DNA of 64,000 nt from the NCBI GenBank assembly GCA_051294375.1, contig CM119266.1, positions 13,939,614 to 14,003,613 of the forward strand, read 5' to 3'. The translations under genes and the position numbers were made by a program. Positions within the stretch are counted from its first letter, which is position 1, and the number at the start of each line of letters is the position of its first letter. Shown in pieces: positions 14,757-26,689 of the stretch. The stretch is from Paraspadella gotoi (taxonomy: Eukaryota > Animalia > Chaetognatha). The notes beneath the pieces were generated by a model. That model saw only the letters and a program-made list of their open reading frames with translations, was not told where the DNA came from and ran no database searches.

Positions 14757-16041
14757 AGACAGAGAGACAGAGGGAGATCGTGATGCGGCGCGCATTCAAG
14801 CGCCAGAAACGCCACGTGTTTTTCTTCCTGTTATTGAGTTGTTATTTTTCCTTTTTTTTTTAACTTGATTTTTTTTTCCCTTTTTCTTCTTTCTAACGTT
14901 TTCCTGATGCTTTGATCTTACTCGTGATCTCTAACATTAGCGCTGGCATTAATCTTTTTGTGTTTTCTTCTTTCGGTCTTCCCTATTTTTCTATTTTTTT
15001 ATTTCCTATTTTTTTCTTATCTTCTGCCTTTTTTTACATGTCTTTTTTTCCTTTTTTCTCAGAATACCTTTCTTTTTCTATCTTCTTTCTTTCCTCTTTC
15101 AATCTCTCTTTTTTATCATTTTATTAATTATTTTTCTCATCTTGTTTTCTTCTTTCAATTATTTCTGCCAATCGACTAAAGTAAAAAAAAACAAGCGGTG
15201 CCTCAATTCGTTCTCTAGTAACAAATCAATACTAATCACTCCGTTGGCGCCAAATCTTGGCGATGGCAATGGAGCCGCTTTCAACGATATTTCTTAATTT
15301 CTTCGTCTTCGTCTTTTCTCTCTTCACTATTCGACCTTTCTTTTCCTCGTTTCGCGCCTTATTCTCAACCTCTCTTTTCTCTTCTCTTTCTTATTTCCTC
15401 GGACTACGCTTTTCCTTTTTCTCATTTTCTACTCGACCTTCTTTTTCTTTCTCTCCTCTTTTCCTCGACCTCTCTTTTTATTTCTACTCTTTCCTCGACC
15501 TCTCTTTTTTCTTTCTCCTCCTCTTTCCTCGACTCTCTTTTTTTTTTCCTTTCTCCAGAAATCTCTTTTGCTTTCTTCTTCCTTTTCCTTCTTTCCCTTC
15601 GTCTCCACTCAACCTTTCTTTTTCCTTTCATCCTCGTCTCTCCTCACCTCTCATTCGCTTCCTTCTCGCCTTTCCCTACCTCTCTTTTTCCTTTCCCCAA
15701 ACCTCTCTATTTCTGTCTCCTTTTCTACCATAACCTCTTCCCAACCGTTCTCCCGTCACCAACCAGTCACATTTCGTCGCGCTCAAAGACGATTTCGGCG
15801 ACGAGACTTTTAGGATCGACGATGTCATTTCGCGCTCAAATGACGTTTACGGCGCCGTACGAGCGGCGTCACCAATGGACGCGAGCTCACGATGTCAGAT
15901 GTTAAAAGGCGAACATTCAAGCGACGGAAAGATTTATTCTTTTTTCCCAATTTCCCCGTCAATTACTATATTGATTTTTGGTTAGGCTCGCACGAGCGAA
16001 CGAAGATGAATATTTTTCCTCCTCTCCCCTTCTCCAGGTAT

Positions 16042-16127
<86 letters not shown>

Positions 16128-17744
16128 AGAGAAGAGCGGCAAGGGACTGAAGAGGAGAGAGTATGAGATAATCGTTTATTATGATATAACAGCGCTAATT
16201 TGTCGAGACTCGCAATTCCTCGGAATAATTGTAAAAAATAGATTTTGTCTCTCATAAACGCGCGAATTAGATTAAGCTTTACGATAATATCTCTTGTCGC
16301 AGAACGCGACGGAAAATCGGTAATTATATTTCTGGATTAATTAATTTTCTTCCAAAAAATAATTGGTTTTCGCCGCAGTTTCATATAAATTAACAATTAC
16401 GGGAATCGACAATAACTTGTGGTCGCAATACGAAAATGCGGAAGAGAGAGAGACAGAGGGAGACTCGTGAGGCGCCGCATTCAGCGCCAGAAACGCCACG
16501 TGTTTTTCTTCCTGTTATTGAGTTGTTATTTTTCCTTTTTTTAACTTGATTTTTTTTTCCCTTTTTCTTCTTCTAACGTTTTCCTGATGCTTTGATCTTG
16601 CTCCGTGATCTCTAACATTAGCGCTGGCATTAATCTTTTGGTGTTTTTCTCTTTCCGTCTTCCCTATTTTTTTCTATTTTTTTTTATTTCCTATTTTTTT
16701 CTTATCTTCTGCCTTTTTTTGACATGTCTTTTTTTCCTTTTTTCTCAGAATTCCTTTCTTTTTTCTATCTTTCTTTCTTTATTTCTTTTTTATTCATTTA
16801 TATTATTATTTCTTCCATCTTGTTTTCTTCTTTTCAATTATTTCTGCCAATCGACTAAAAGAAAAAAAAAACAAGCGGTGCCATCCAATTCGTCTCTAGT
16901 AACAAATCAAACTAATCACTTCTCGTTGGCGCCAAATCTTGGCGATGGCGATGGAGCCGCTTTCAACGATATTTCTTAATTTTCTTCGTCTTCGTCTTTC
17001 TTCTCTTCACTATTCGACCTTTCTTTTCCTCGTTTCGCGCCTTATCTCAACCTCTCTGTTCCTTTCTCTTCCTATTTCCTCGACTACGCTTTTCCTTTTT
17101 CCTCATTTTTCTCCTCGACCTTTCTTTTACTTTCTCCTCCTCTTTCCTCGACCTCTCTTTTTATTTCTACTCTTTCCTCGACCTCTCTTTTTCTTTCTCC
17201 TCCTCTTTTCTCGACCTCTCTTTTTATTTCTTCTCCTTTCTACAGAAGATCTCTTTTGATTTCTTCTTCCTTTTCCTCCTTTCTCTTCGTCTCCACTCAA
17301 CCTTTCTTTTTCCTTCATCCTCGTCTCTCCTCCACCTCTCATTCGCTTCCTTCTCGCCTCTTCCCTACCTCTCTTTGTCCTTTCCCCAACCTCTCTAATT
17401 CTGTCTCCTTTTCTACCATAACCCTCTCCTAACCGTTCTCCCGTCACCAACCAGTCAACATTCGTCGCGCTCAAAGACGATTTCGGCCGACGAGACTTTT
17501 AGGATCGACGATGTCATTTCGCGCTCAAATGACGTCACGGCGCCGACGAGCGGCGTCACCAATGGACGCGAGTCACGATGTCAGAGTTAAAAGGCGAACA
17601 TTCAAGCGACGCGAAGAGATTTATTCTTTTTTCCCAATTTCCCCGTCAATTAACTATATTGATTCTGGTTAGGCCTCGCACGAGCGAACGAAGAATGAAT
17701 ATCTTTCTCCTCCCCTTCTTCCCGCATACGACGAGAGGAGAGAG

Positions 17745-17782
<38 letters not shown>

Positions 17783-17784
17783 AG

Positions 17785-17840
<56 letters not shown>
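14757..17840 (+). repeat. Direct duplication: about 14757-16100 repeated at about 16445-17840
   Basis: Same unique text twice (GCCAGAAACGCCACGTG, TTGGCGCCAAATCTTGGCGATGG, GGCGTCACCAATGGACGCGAG) with indel-type differences. Confidence 0.9.
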
Positions 17841-17846
<6 letters not shown>

Positions 17847-18364
17847 AGTCGGAGCCGCCATGAAGCCTCTGCCCCATTTCTGTCTTCTTATTTGCAAACG
17901 GCACTCTTTTCTCTTTTTATGGTGAATAAATCCTCTTTGATCAGCGGCAGGGAGGAACCGAGGAACCGTAACCTTACATACATTCGTTCAGAAAAGTCGG
18001 GAGAGAAAAAAAAAATGGCGAAGGAAGATTGAATCGCTGACTCTATCTCCCTCTGCGCGAAAGCTTGGTGAATATTTATATTTATATTATATTTAGCCTC
18101 GAGCTTTTTACTTTTTATTGGCAAATTCTTGTTAAAAAACTCCTGCCTTCCTTAACTTTGTGCAATTTGATGAAACGTTTCTTTTGACATCTCAACGTCC
18201 TTCCGCCTGCAACATCTCACTGGTGAATTATTCCATCGCTCACGCTCGTAGACGACTTTTCCTTCTGCGACCGCGGACTTTCTGCACGCGCCCCGTGGAG
18301 GCGCTCGTGCGGAACGAAAAACGACGCCGAAAACAGCAATGTATTACTCAAAACGCGGTTGCGC

Positions 18365-18399
<35 letters not shown>

Positions 18400-21300
18400 A
18401 GGCGGCGGCGTCGCCGCGCCGTTGCCTGGGAAGTGGAGGCGGAGGCGACGAAGTAGCGCCATCGGGGGTAAAACGACGACAACGACTATGATGGAAATGG
18501 CGATCGCATTATCATTTCATAGAAACATTTTTCTCAATTAAAAGCCGGCAACGAGATATTAACTCAATCCCGAATAACTTTGTTTTGGTCTTGCGTTGTC
18601 TACTCAAAGTAAATAGCTAATGTAGTAGTGCTACTACGTAAAACAGTATCGACCTCGACGATACGACCTAAATTTAACCGACATATTTCAAACTCCCGTT
18701 CACCGCGTCTCCCTCCCCTCTCCTCCTCCCCCAAAAAGAAAAAACCGAGCCTCACCTAAATCCAACCCGAACCTCACCCTCTCATTCGTTGTCCGGATTT
18801 ATGTCCCCGCGATTTCCTTGAAAGCGACGCCCATCCATGAATTCAGTCACTCAGTAAATCACCGAAGTCGTCGTAACTGCTGCCGCTGTCGCTGCTGCCG
18901 CTTCCGCCGACACTGCCGCTGCCGCTGCCGATGACGGCGATGACGCCCACGTCGCTTTAAAAATATTTCGTCTCTCGAACTTCGCCACCTGAGACCTGCG
19001 TTGGCATTGAAGTTTAAAAAAAGGCAGAGAGTTAATGTATATATATAAACAATAAATGAATACATTAACACTCATTGTAAATATTATCTATTAATCAAAA
19101 TTAATAAATATATCAACAAGCGAAGAGGAAGTGAGACTGAGAAATGTTTTTGGACAGTACGTATAGTACACGATAGTATACCGCCTTTATGATAATGGCT
19201 TTTGTGACACTGCGTCTATCGCAATTTGTCACAATTTTTGGTCGACAATTTTTCTTTCTTTTTGACACAAGGTTGTCAGGTAAAAGTCAAAGGGCGAAGA
19301 TGAAATCAAGAAAAAAAGAAATTCTAATCTCACAATCCGTATTGCAAATGTTCCTTTTTTGTTCTCGGCGTTTAACCGCGCTACCAGAATACTAAATAAT
19401 CAGTAATCTATACTATATATATCTATCTATCTATTTATCTATTTATCTATATCTATACTATATCTATACTATACAATTAAAAACTGTTGCCAAACCATTA
19501 ACCCCTTTTTAAATATGAGAATTTTATTTCATATCAATAATGATACAGTAGCATACATCAGCAACAAAATAAACCAAACGAATAAAACAGAATTAAGAGG
19601 TTAACGTGAAGGAAAACTAAGCAACGAGATTATTTCTATATTTTCATAGAAATAAGACAAAACTTTATTTTTGGTCTAAGTTAAACGTTTCATTAATCGT
19701 TCATGACTAATTTTGAATATATTATAAATGTCAGGGTAACCAAAACATTCTCTAATGTTTCTGATTATTTGACGTACATAAGTTTCTCCAAAACATAGTC
19801 AATCCTGACAAAAATAAGTGCAGTTAACTGTTAATTGCAAAAGCGTTGGTCATAGACTAACCTCCAATGCTCTAAAGAGTTTCCTTTTTTTCTTTTCTTT
19901 TGCTTTTCTTCCCTGTTTTTTATTATCCCCCTCATCTTTTACTTTTCTTTTCCTCACTTTCTTTCGCCCGCTCTCCTTTTTTCCAATTTGCATATGACAG
20001 CGGCGGTTGCGGCGGTGTCGAATTAGGCGGCGGCGGCGGCGGCGGCAAAAGCGGCCTCGGCGGCGGCGGCGTCGTTGGCGTCGGACGCGTCCTCTAAACT
20101 TCGTCTGATTTATTACCTCGGGTTTTTTTTTCAGGTGAAGAGACGCAAAACCCAACATATGACTGGCGGTTTTGGGGGAAGAAAAAGGATTCGCAGCTCG
20201 AACCGACGAAGTACTAACTCTGTCACTGTCTTTCTCTCTCTATAGTTTATTGTAGCGATCTTTTTGACTCGCGTCCAATGTTTTATAAACCAAGTTTCAA
20301 CACTCACGAAATTTATCACAACTTCGGATATATGTCATTCAAATCTCAGAATTTTGTCTTTTAAAATCTTATATCTCCGCATCTCATCCAATCATCCTTA
20401 AATATAAACTTGAATAATACATACTAAAGCTTATCTCTTTTACACCTTTAGGGTCCGCGAGAGAAACTGCCAACCCTTGCACGATAAGTGGCATAGAAAT
20501 AAATTGTTCGAAGAGCTCAGTTATCTGATAACGAAAAAAAAGAAAAGAGCGAATGCGAATTTAACTTTTATTTCTTCTATCGAGAAAAAGTAAATAAAAC
20601 TGAATTAAAAAATTAAATTTTTTTTTTCTTCTAAGCTCCGTTTAAAAATAAAAGAAAGACTAAAATTAACTCTCTCTCTCTCTTTCTGCCCCCGTTTTGA
20701 TTTGCATAAAAAATCGATAGAATGCATATTACCCTTTTTAATGAAAGCGTTAACCGCTTTTTTTTTTTTCCTTTTTCCACGCCGGTATTTGATTGATTAA
20801 TCGATTTTTCTCCCTTTTTTTTTCTTTTTAATTTTCTTTTTTTTTTTTTAATTTTTCTCGGTTTTTTAATCCCGCGATCGTCTTCTGGATTCTCATTTCT
20901 ATTACGCCAAAAAACAAAAACAAAAAACAAAAAACAGGTTCGTGTTTCTTCACCCGCGAAGGAGAATCTGGCCGCTGTCATCATTGACCGACACGCTTTG
21001 TCCAGATTGCCAGTGTCCGATTTGGAAGACGTCACCCGTGGCGAATATGATTGATCGATCGATCGACGGGACGTCGGTTTTACTTACCCTCAGCCTTGAG
21101 CCTTATTCTCCAAAAAAAAGTCTAATTAAAAAAATTACTGTTATTAACTCGCCATGTGTTGAAAAAAATTCCAAATATTCTGTAATCTTTAACTTTAAAT
21201 CTGTCCTGGAGGCTGGAGCTGCCTCGAGCTCTTGCGGTGCGAGGCTTTGGGGCGTCGTTCTTAGGAAGGACCTGATAACGAGTTCCGCTTCCAGTCTCAA

Positions 21301-21736
21301 GCAGTAAAAATAATCGGTGTTGGAGGCGAATGTCAATGATATTGTTGTTTTTCAAATATGAGCAATAATTAGTTTGAAAATTTATTGAAAAAAAATATCA
21401 AACTTTTTTTTTCCAAAAAAATTATTTCAATGCACAAAACCGATTTAATATTGATGATATGGCTTTGTATTGTAAAAAGGGATTTTTTTTGGTCTAAATT
21501 GAACAAGAAGATAAGCATGTGTGTCGAATCTGCTCAAGTTAATCACTAAATGACAAAATTTACTAAGATAGCCTTCGGGCAAATCTTAAACTAAGTCCTG
21601 TAGCGGCTAATACAAGATTAGAACAAGGATTAAAGAATGACCTGCTGGGAGAGAGAAATTTTTAGCAATAATAAAATCTAATCCTCGGGTCAATAACCTT
21701 TGAAAAATCGAAAACGTTCACAAGAAACAAGATTTT

Positions 21737-21835
21737 ACTTCCGGCTTCCGTTTTCTTATATTGATTCTTTGATTACATTAACGTCATTAGACGTAATACT
21801 CTTGAGAAAATATACTTCGCTAATTCACGTGAATT
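21737..21835. promoter_or_regulatory. Candidate promoter motif cluster upstream of the SLC22-like gene
   Basis: ETS-type ACTTCCGG/GCTTCCG (21737-21750), CRE half-site ACGTCA (21781), and E-box CACGTG inside the perfect palindrome AATTCACGTGAATT (21822-21835), about 600 bp before the ATG. Motif match only. Confidence 0.3.
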
Positions 21836-22424
21836 CCAGTCCAAAAGACGTTGAAAAACATATTTCGTTGTTCGTTTTGAAGAATTTACGAATTGGCATT
21901 TCAGAATAAACGGTAAACAATGCAGTTAAAGATCGTGTGACAAAAAAGTTTGTTAATGTAAGTAATGCCGAAAGAATATACTATTTACCAAAAATTGATA
22001 AAAATAAGAGCTGTATGGACCTTGAGATACGTCTTTTTAACCTTTTATAAAAAAATCCTCACAAAATTTTTATCGATTAAACCGTTTGTGATACGGCTGG
22101 CCGTTTTCGTTCCAAAAGTTAACACAATTAAAAACTAATTAAGATTCGAAATTCGAATTTCATCTCCAACGATTTAAAAGTTTGAAAGAAAAAGTTTGCA
22201 AAAAAAAAAATATCGTAATTTATTCGATATATGATTGAATTATGTTGATTTACCCTTTTCTTGATAAAACTTCGTTATCATACAATTGTTAAATCAATTA
22301 GCAGCCTTAACAAATCGTCAAGCGCCCGGAATCCACCTTCGGTCCTTCGCGCCTCGAAAAGGCTCGTCCGCATGCGTCCGCTCGCATCTCCTTCCTCCGT
22401 CCGATCACGAAATCGGCGTCAGTC

Positions 22425-22622
22425 ATGGGTTCGGTGGAACTGAACGACTTCTTCGCGCGTCGCGGCGTCTGCGGCCTTTTCCCGCTCGGCTACTGGTTGA
22501 TTCTCACCTTCGTCAGTATCTACCAGTGTTTTCTCTTTATGGCCAACGCCATCTACTCGTACAAACCGCGATTCTGGTGCGCCGAGTTCGGGGAGGAGAG
22601 TTCCGCCAATCTTACGCATTCG
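22425..22622 (+). CDS. SLC22-like exon 1 (N-terminus, TM1, start of extracellular loop)
   Basis: ATG at 22425; MGSVELNDFF...YKPRFWCAEF...NLTHS; donor GTAACT at 22623, phase 0. Confidence 0.85.
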
Positions 22623-25385
22623 GTAACTGGAGGTGGGGGAGGTGGGGGGGAGAATGTTTTTTTTTACATGCCTAAATAACAAGTCGAAAGAGATGTAAGG
22701 TTAATATTGGTTTTAAATTAAATGGAACCGTGTCAAAAATCTGGTCGAATATTTCCTTTACTTTACTTTTCTTTTCTTTTCTTTTCTTTTCATTTTCTTT
22801 CTTCTCCTTCTCATTCTCTTCTCTTCTCTTCTCTTCTCTTCTCTTCTCTTCTTTTTCTTTTTCTTTCTTTTCTTTTCTTTTCCCACCTTTTCTTTCTTTT
22901 CTTTACTTTACTTTACTTTACTTTCTTTACTTTCTTTTCCTTTTCGTTCTTTACCTTTCAGTTTTGTCTTGAAAAAAAAAATCCGAAACATTATTTTTCA
23001 TCAGCCTTTTGCTACTTTTCCGTTTCACTCCCCCACCTTTTCCACCTCAGGAAATCTGCGCGCTCGGTTGCCCCAACGACAACTGGACCTTCCACTCGAG
23101 TGGCTCCTCGCCCCCGGCCTCCATCTCTATCGAATGGAATCTCGTCTGCGACCGAGAGATCATCTACAACGTGGTGGAGACGACCTTCTTCGTCAGCGGG
23201 CTCCTGGCTTGCTTCTTCTGCGGCGATCTGTCCGACAGATTCGGGCGTCGGCCCGTCGCCATCTTCTTCTCCGCTTTCTGCACGATCGTCGGCGTCAACG
23301 TCGTCTGGGTCCCGGATGTAATCAGTTATTGCGTGATTCGTTTTCTGCTGGGATTCGGCTTCATCGGTCTCCTTTCCACCGTGACGTTGAGGATGGAGAT
23401 GTTCTCCGCGGATCGGAGGGTGGGTTGGAGGCGGAGGGATAATTAACTTTGGAATATATATATGTGAATTAGTTACTCAAATTATTTAATTTCTCTCTCT
23501 CTATCTTTTATTTCTCGCTCTCTCTCTCTCTCTTTCTCCAGTTTATCTCCATGAACTTTGACATGGGATGGACTCTTGGGGCTATGGTGCTCCCGGGAGT
23601 AGTGTATTTGGTGCCCAATTGGAGGTAAGTACAATCTGTTCCAAAATAAATCATGTTTCTCAGGAGACTGTTTATCACAAACTTTAAAGGTCGGCTAATT
23701 ATGAAGCTTATTTACAAATAAATTGCTTTATAATTTTCTTTTATTATTGTATGAATTTTATTATGTTGAAAAAAATTTTTTTTTCTTCTCTTAAGAGTCG
23801 GAATGTGCATCCTCAACGGGCTCGGCCTCCTCTGCATCCCCATCATCTACTTCAGCCCGGAGAGCGTCCCCTGGCTCTTGAAGAACAACCGGCTTGAGGA
23901 GGCCTACGGAATCCTCAAGCGAATCTCCGAGTCGCGCGGCGCCGACCTCTCGTGGGCCGAGTTCGAGAAGATCGCCAGAGACGACTTCGCCGAGGTCGAG
24001 CAGTCGGCGCCGGAAAAAGAAAAGCCCGAACCCGGAGTCGGCGACAGCTTCGGCAGCGTCGGCAGCGTCGACAGGCAAACCTCCCGCCGGATCAGTTTGG
24101 CCAGCGACGTCGGGTTCATCGATTCTGTGCCTTCGATCGGCGGAGATCGCTACCGTCGTCGACGGGCCAGTTCCTCCAGCCGCAAGATGAGCACCGCCAG
24201 TTACGCCAGCGATTTAACAGGCGGGAAAGGGCCGAGCCTGTTCAACGAGACGATCGCCGAGGTCAAAAAAACGAGCCTGACGAACGAGTTGGAGGCGGTG
24301 GAGTTCATCCCGCCGGCCAAGGACAATCCACTCGAAGCGGAAATCGCCAAAGAGTCCAGTTTCCTCAGGGCATTCAAGACGCCGACTTACCTGGTGACTC
24401 TCATCTGCGCCAGTTGCTACTGGTCTTACAGCAACTTCATCTTCATCGGACTTACCTTTTCCTATGGGACGCTGGCCGGTGATCGCCTGATCAACTTTTT
24501 ATTGCTCACGCTGACTTCGTTACCGGCCAGGGTGCTCGCCGTTCCCGCCTGCATGTTTCTCAAGAGAAGGCCTGGGATGTTTATCTTCACTTTCATTACC
24601 GGTTTGTTTTCATTTTTATTTAGCCATTGAACAATATTTATCCTATCTTTTACATCAGCATTCTGTTTATATTTGTAGGCTAAAATATACATTTTTTAGT
24701 CGCTCATACTACCACGGCAGTTAATGTAAACACTACTAAATATATATATATACAAATCCTCCATCGTTTAGCTATTTCCATCACAACTCCCCCCTCCTTT
24801 TCTCCAGCCGTATCCTTCGTCATCTCCGCCATCGTGCGTCACTCCGTGGCCGACTACGAGGCGGATCACGCCACACTCCGCAAAGTCCTCAACTTGACGG
24901 CCAAGTGGGCCGAGGAGATTCTCTTCGAGATCTTCGCCCTCTGGCAGCAGGAGGCCTTCCCGACGCTTCTCAGGGGCCGATCCTTTTTATGCGCCTGCTT
25001 CTTCGCACGGGTTGGTCTTTAAGTTTAATTTTGTTCTGTTTATAGTTACAGTTTATAGTTAACTGTTTAAAATTGTAAATTATTTAAATGATTAAATTTA
25101 AAAGCGAACAAGGAAAGACTTTTAAATATCAACAAGAACATTGGTTTTTTATAATTATAACACAAAAATTATTTAATTATTAATCTCTAAATAAGTTTGT
25201 TAATCTCCGTACTCAAGGTGGTATCCTCGCTGGCCTGCTTCATGTCATTTGTACAAACTCGCCATCCCTTAGAGCTAGAGTACACCATCGGAATTGCCGG
25301 CCTCTTCCTCGCAGCCACCGCCTTCATCGTCCCCGAGACAAAGGGGGCGCCTCTGCCGCAGACTCTCGCCGAATTGACGGAATGA
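22425..25385 (+). CDS. SLC22-family (organic cation/anion, MFS) transporter, 6 exons, about 608 aa
   Basis: Exons 22425-22622, 23051-23419, 23542-23624, 23796-24601, 24808-25010, 25218-25385 are joined by GT..AG introns with matching phases (0,0,2,1,0), total 1827 nt. SLC22/MFS motifs occur in the expected order: SISIEWNLVCD, GDLSDRFGRRP, PNWR, PESVPWL, EAFPTLLRG, PETKGAPLPQT. Exons are GC-rich against AT-rich introns. Confidence 0.93.
23051..23419 (+). CDS. SLC22-like exon 2
   Basis: Acceptor cctcag; contains EWNLVCD and LSDRFGRRP; donor GTGGGT at 23420. Confidence 0.93.
23542..23624 (+). CDS. SLC22-like exon 3 (too short for the ORF track)
   Basis: Acceptor ctccag; FISMNFDMGWTLGAMVLPGVVYLVPNW(R); donor GTAAGT at 23625, phase 2. 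Confidence 0.9.
23796..24601 (+). CDS. SLC22-like exon 4 (TM6, long central loop, TM7 to about TM9)
   Basis: Acceptor ttaag; PESVPWLL motif; donor GTTTGT at 24602, phase 1. Confidence 0.92.
24808..25010 (+). CDS. SLC22-like exon 5
   Basis: Acceptor ctccag; EAFPTLLRG matches the ELFPTxxR motif; donor GTTGGT at 25011. Confidence 0.9.
25218..25385 (+). CDS. SLC22-like exon 6 (last TMs and C-terminus)
   Basis: Acceptor ctcaag; PETKGAPLPQT; TGA ends at 25385. Confidence 0.92.
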   Translation: MVSSLACFMSFVQTRHPLELEYTIGIAGLFLAATAFIVPETKGAPLPQTLAELTE

Positions 25386-25416
25386 GAAGAAAACGCCGCC
25401 TATCTGAAACTTTAAT

Positions 25417-25467
<51 letters not shown>

Positions 25468-25652
25468 AAGAGAGAGAGACAGAGAAGAGACAGAGAAAAA
25501 ATGGAGGAAAAAAATATAAGAGGTGTGTCGTTTGGTTATTTTCTATTTGTCTGTGTAGTTTGTTCATAAATCTGTTGCTCTGTAAATTTATTGTTTCATT
25601 CGGAATGATTTTTATTATATACATATAATTGTTTTTGTTTAATTCATTTGGG

Positions 25653-25658
25653 AATAAA
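25653..25658 (+). promoter_or_regulatory. Candidate polyadenylation signal of the SLC22-like gene
   Basis: AATAAA about 270 nt after the stop codon; this hexamer is common in AT-rich DNA. Confidence 0.4.
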
Positions 25659-26689
25659 ACTATATAGCCACAAAAAAGTATCAGATAAATTTGTTTTGCG
25701 CTTCAGTTATTGTAAGTTACATCAGTATTATTTTTATTTACTAATCTAGCTAGGTAAAAAAAAATGATTTACCATCTATCCACAACCTCAGCCATAAACA
25801 AAAGAAATAGAAAGGAGAAATGTTACAGAAATCGGTTTTGTTAGAAGCATGACTTCCTGTTTAAAGTACAAATAAAGTTTTCCTTTTGTTCGACCTAAAG
25901 TTGCAGCAGCGCAGATCTCGATGAGTCTTTTGTTTTGGTCGTTTATTTCTTCGATGTTAACGGCCGTTTCAAGAGCCGCGGCCGCCGCCGTCGCCGCCAC
26001 CGCTGCTGTCACTGCCGTCGTCCGCCTTTTCCCCGACCGGAAGTCGTTCTACGGCGATAATCGGCTCTCGTCTCTTATGACGACTTAAAAAAAAACCTTT
26101 TTTTTCGCGAATGACATTTCTCAACGGCGAAAACGGCAACGACAACAATAACTACGAACATTATAAAAACGAGTAAAAACACATTTCGCTGTCGAAAACG
26201 AGGGAAAAAAACAATATGGCGTCGCATTTAAAAACGACGACGGCCGTAACGACGCAACAGACTGTTGAACAGTGTAGCAAAACTTTTCTTGGCCGAACAG
26301 GTGAAACGAGATGATAGCGGATGATATGAGTTAGGGCTTAGGATGAAAGAGTGTGGTACTGGTATGGTATCACTTCGAAGATCAGATGAGATGACATGAT
26401 ATTTGCTAGGACTTGATAGTTTTTAAAATTAAATTAAAGCAGACTTTTCGATTGAGTTTTATTTTCCATTATCTTCTTTTAACTTCAACTCCCATCACCG
26501 CGATAACCATAAAACTTTCCCCGTCATACGAAAACCCGGCAAAAATCTCCCTCCACCCGCATTTTTTTTCACCCTCTCTTCGTTTTATTCTGACGCGTAA
26601 AGAAATTGGAATCTCCGCCATCTCCCTCGACAAATCCAACGTCGTCGATCCAGCGCCACTCTCGCTGTCGCCACGCCCACTTTTTTTTT

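Noticed and set aside
21081-21090. TACTTACC resembling the U1 snRNA 5' end
   Set aside because: No downstream U1 sequence; better read as a minus-strand splice donor.
26331-26342. TTAGGG/TTAGG telomere-like units
   Set aside because: Only two units, consistent with chance.
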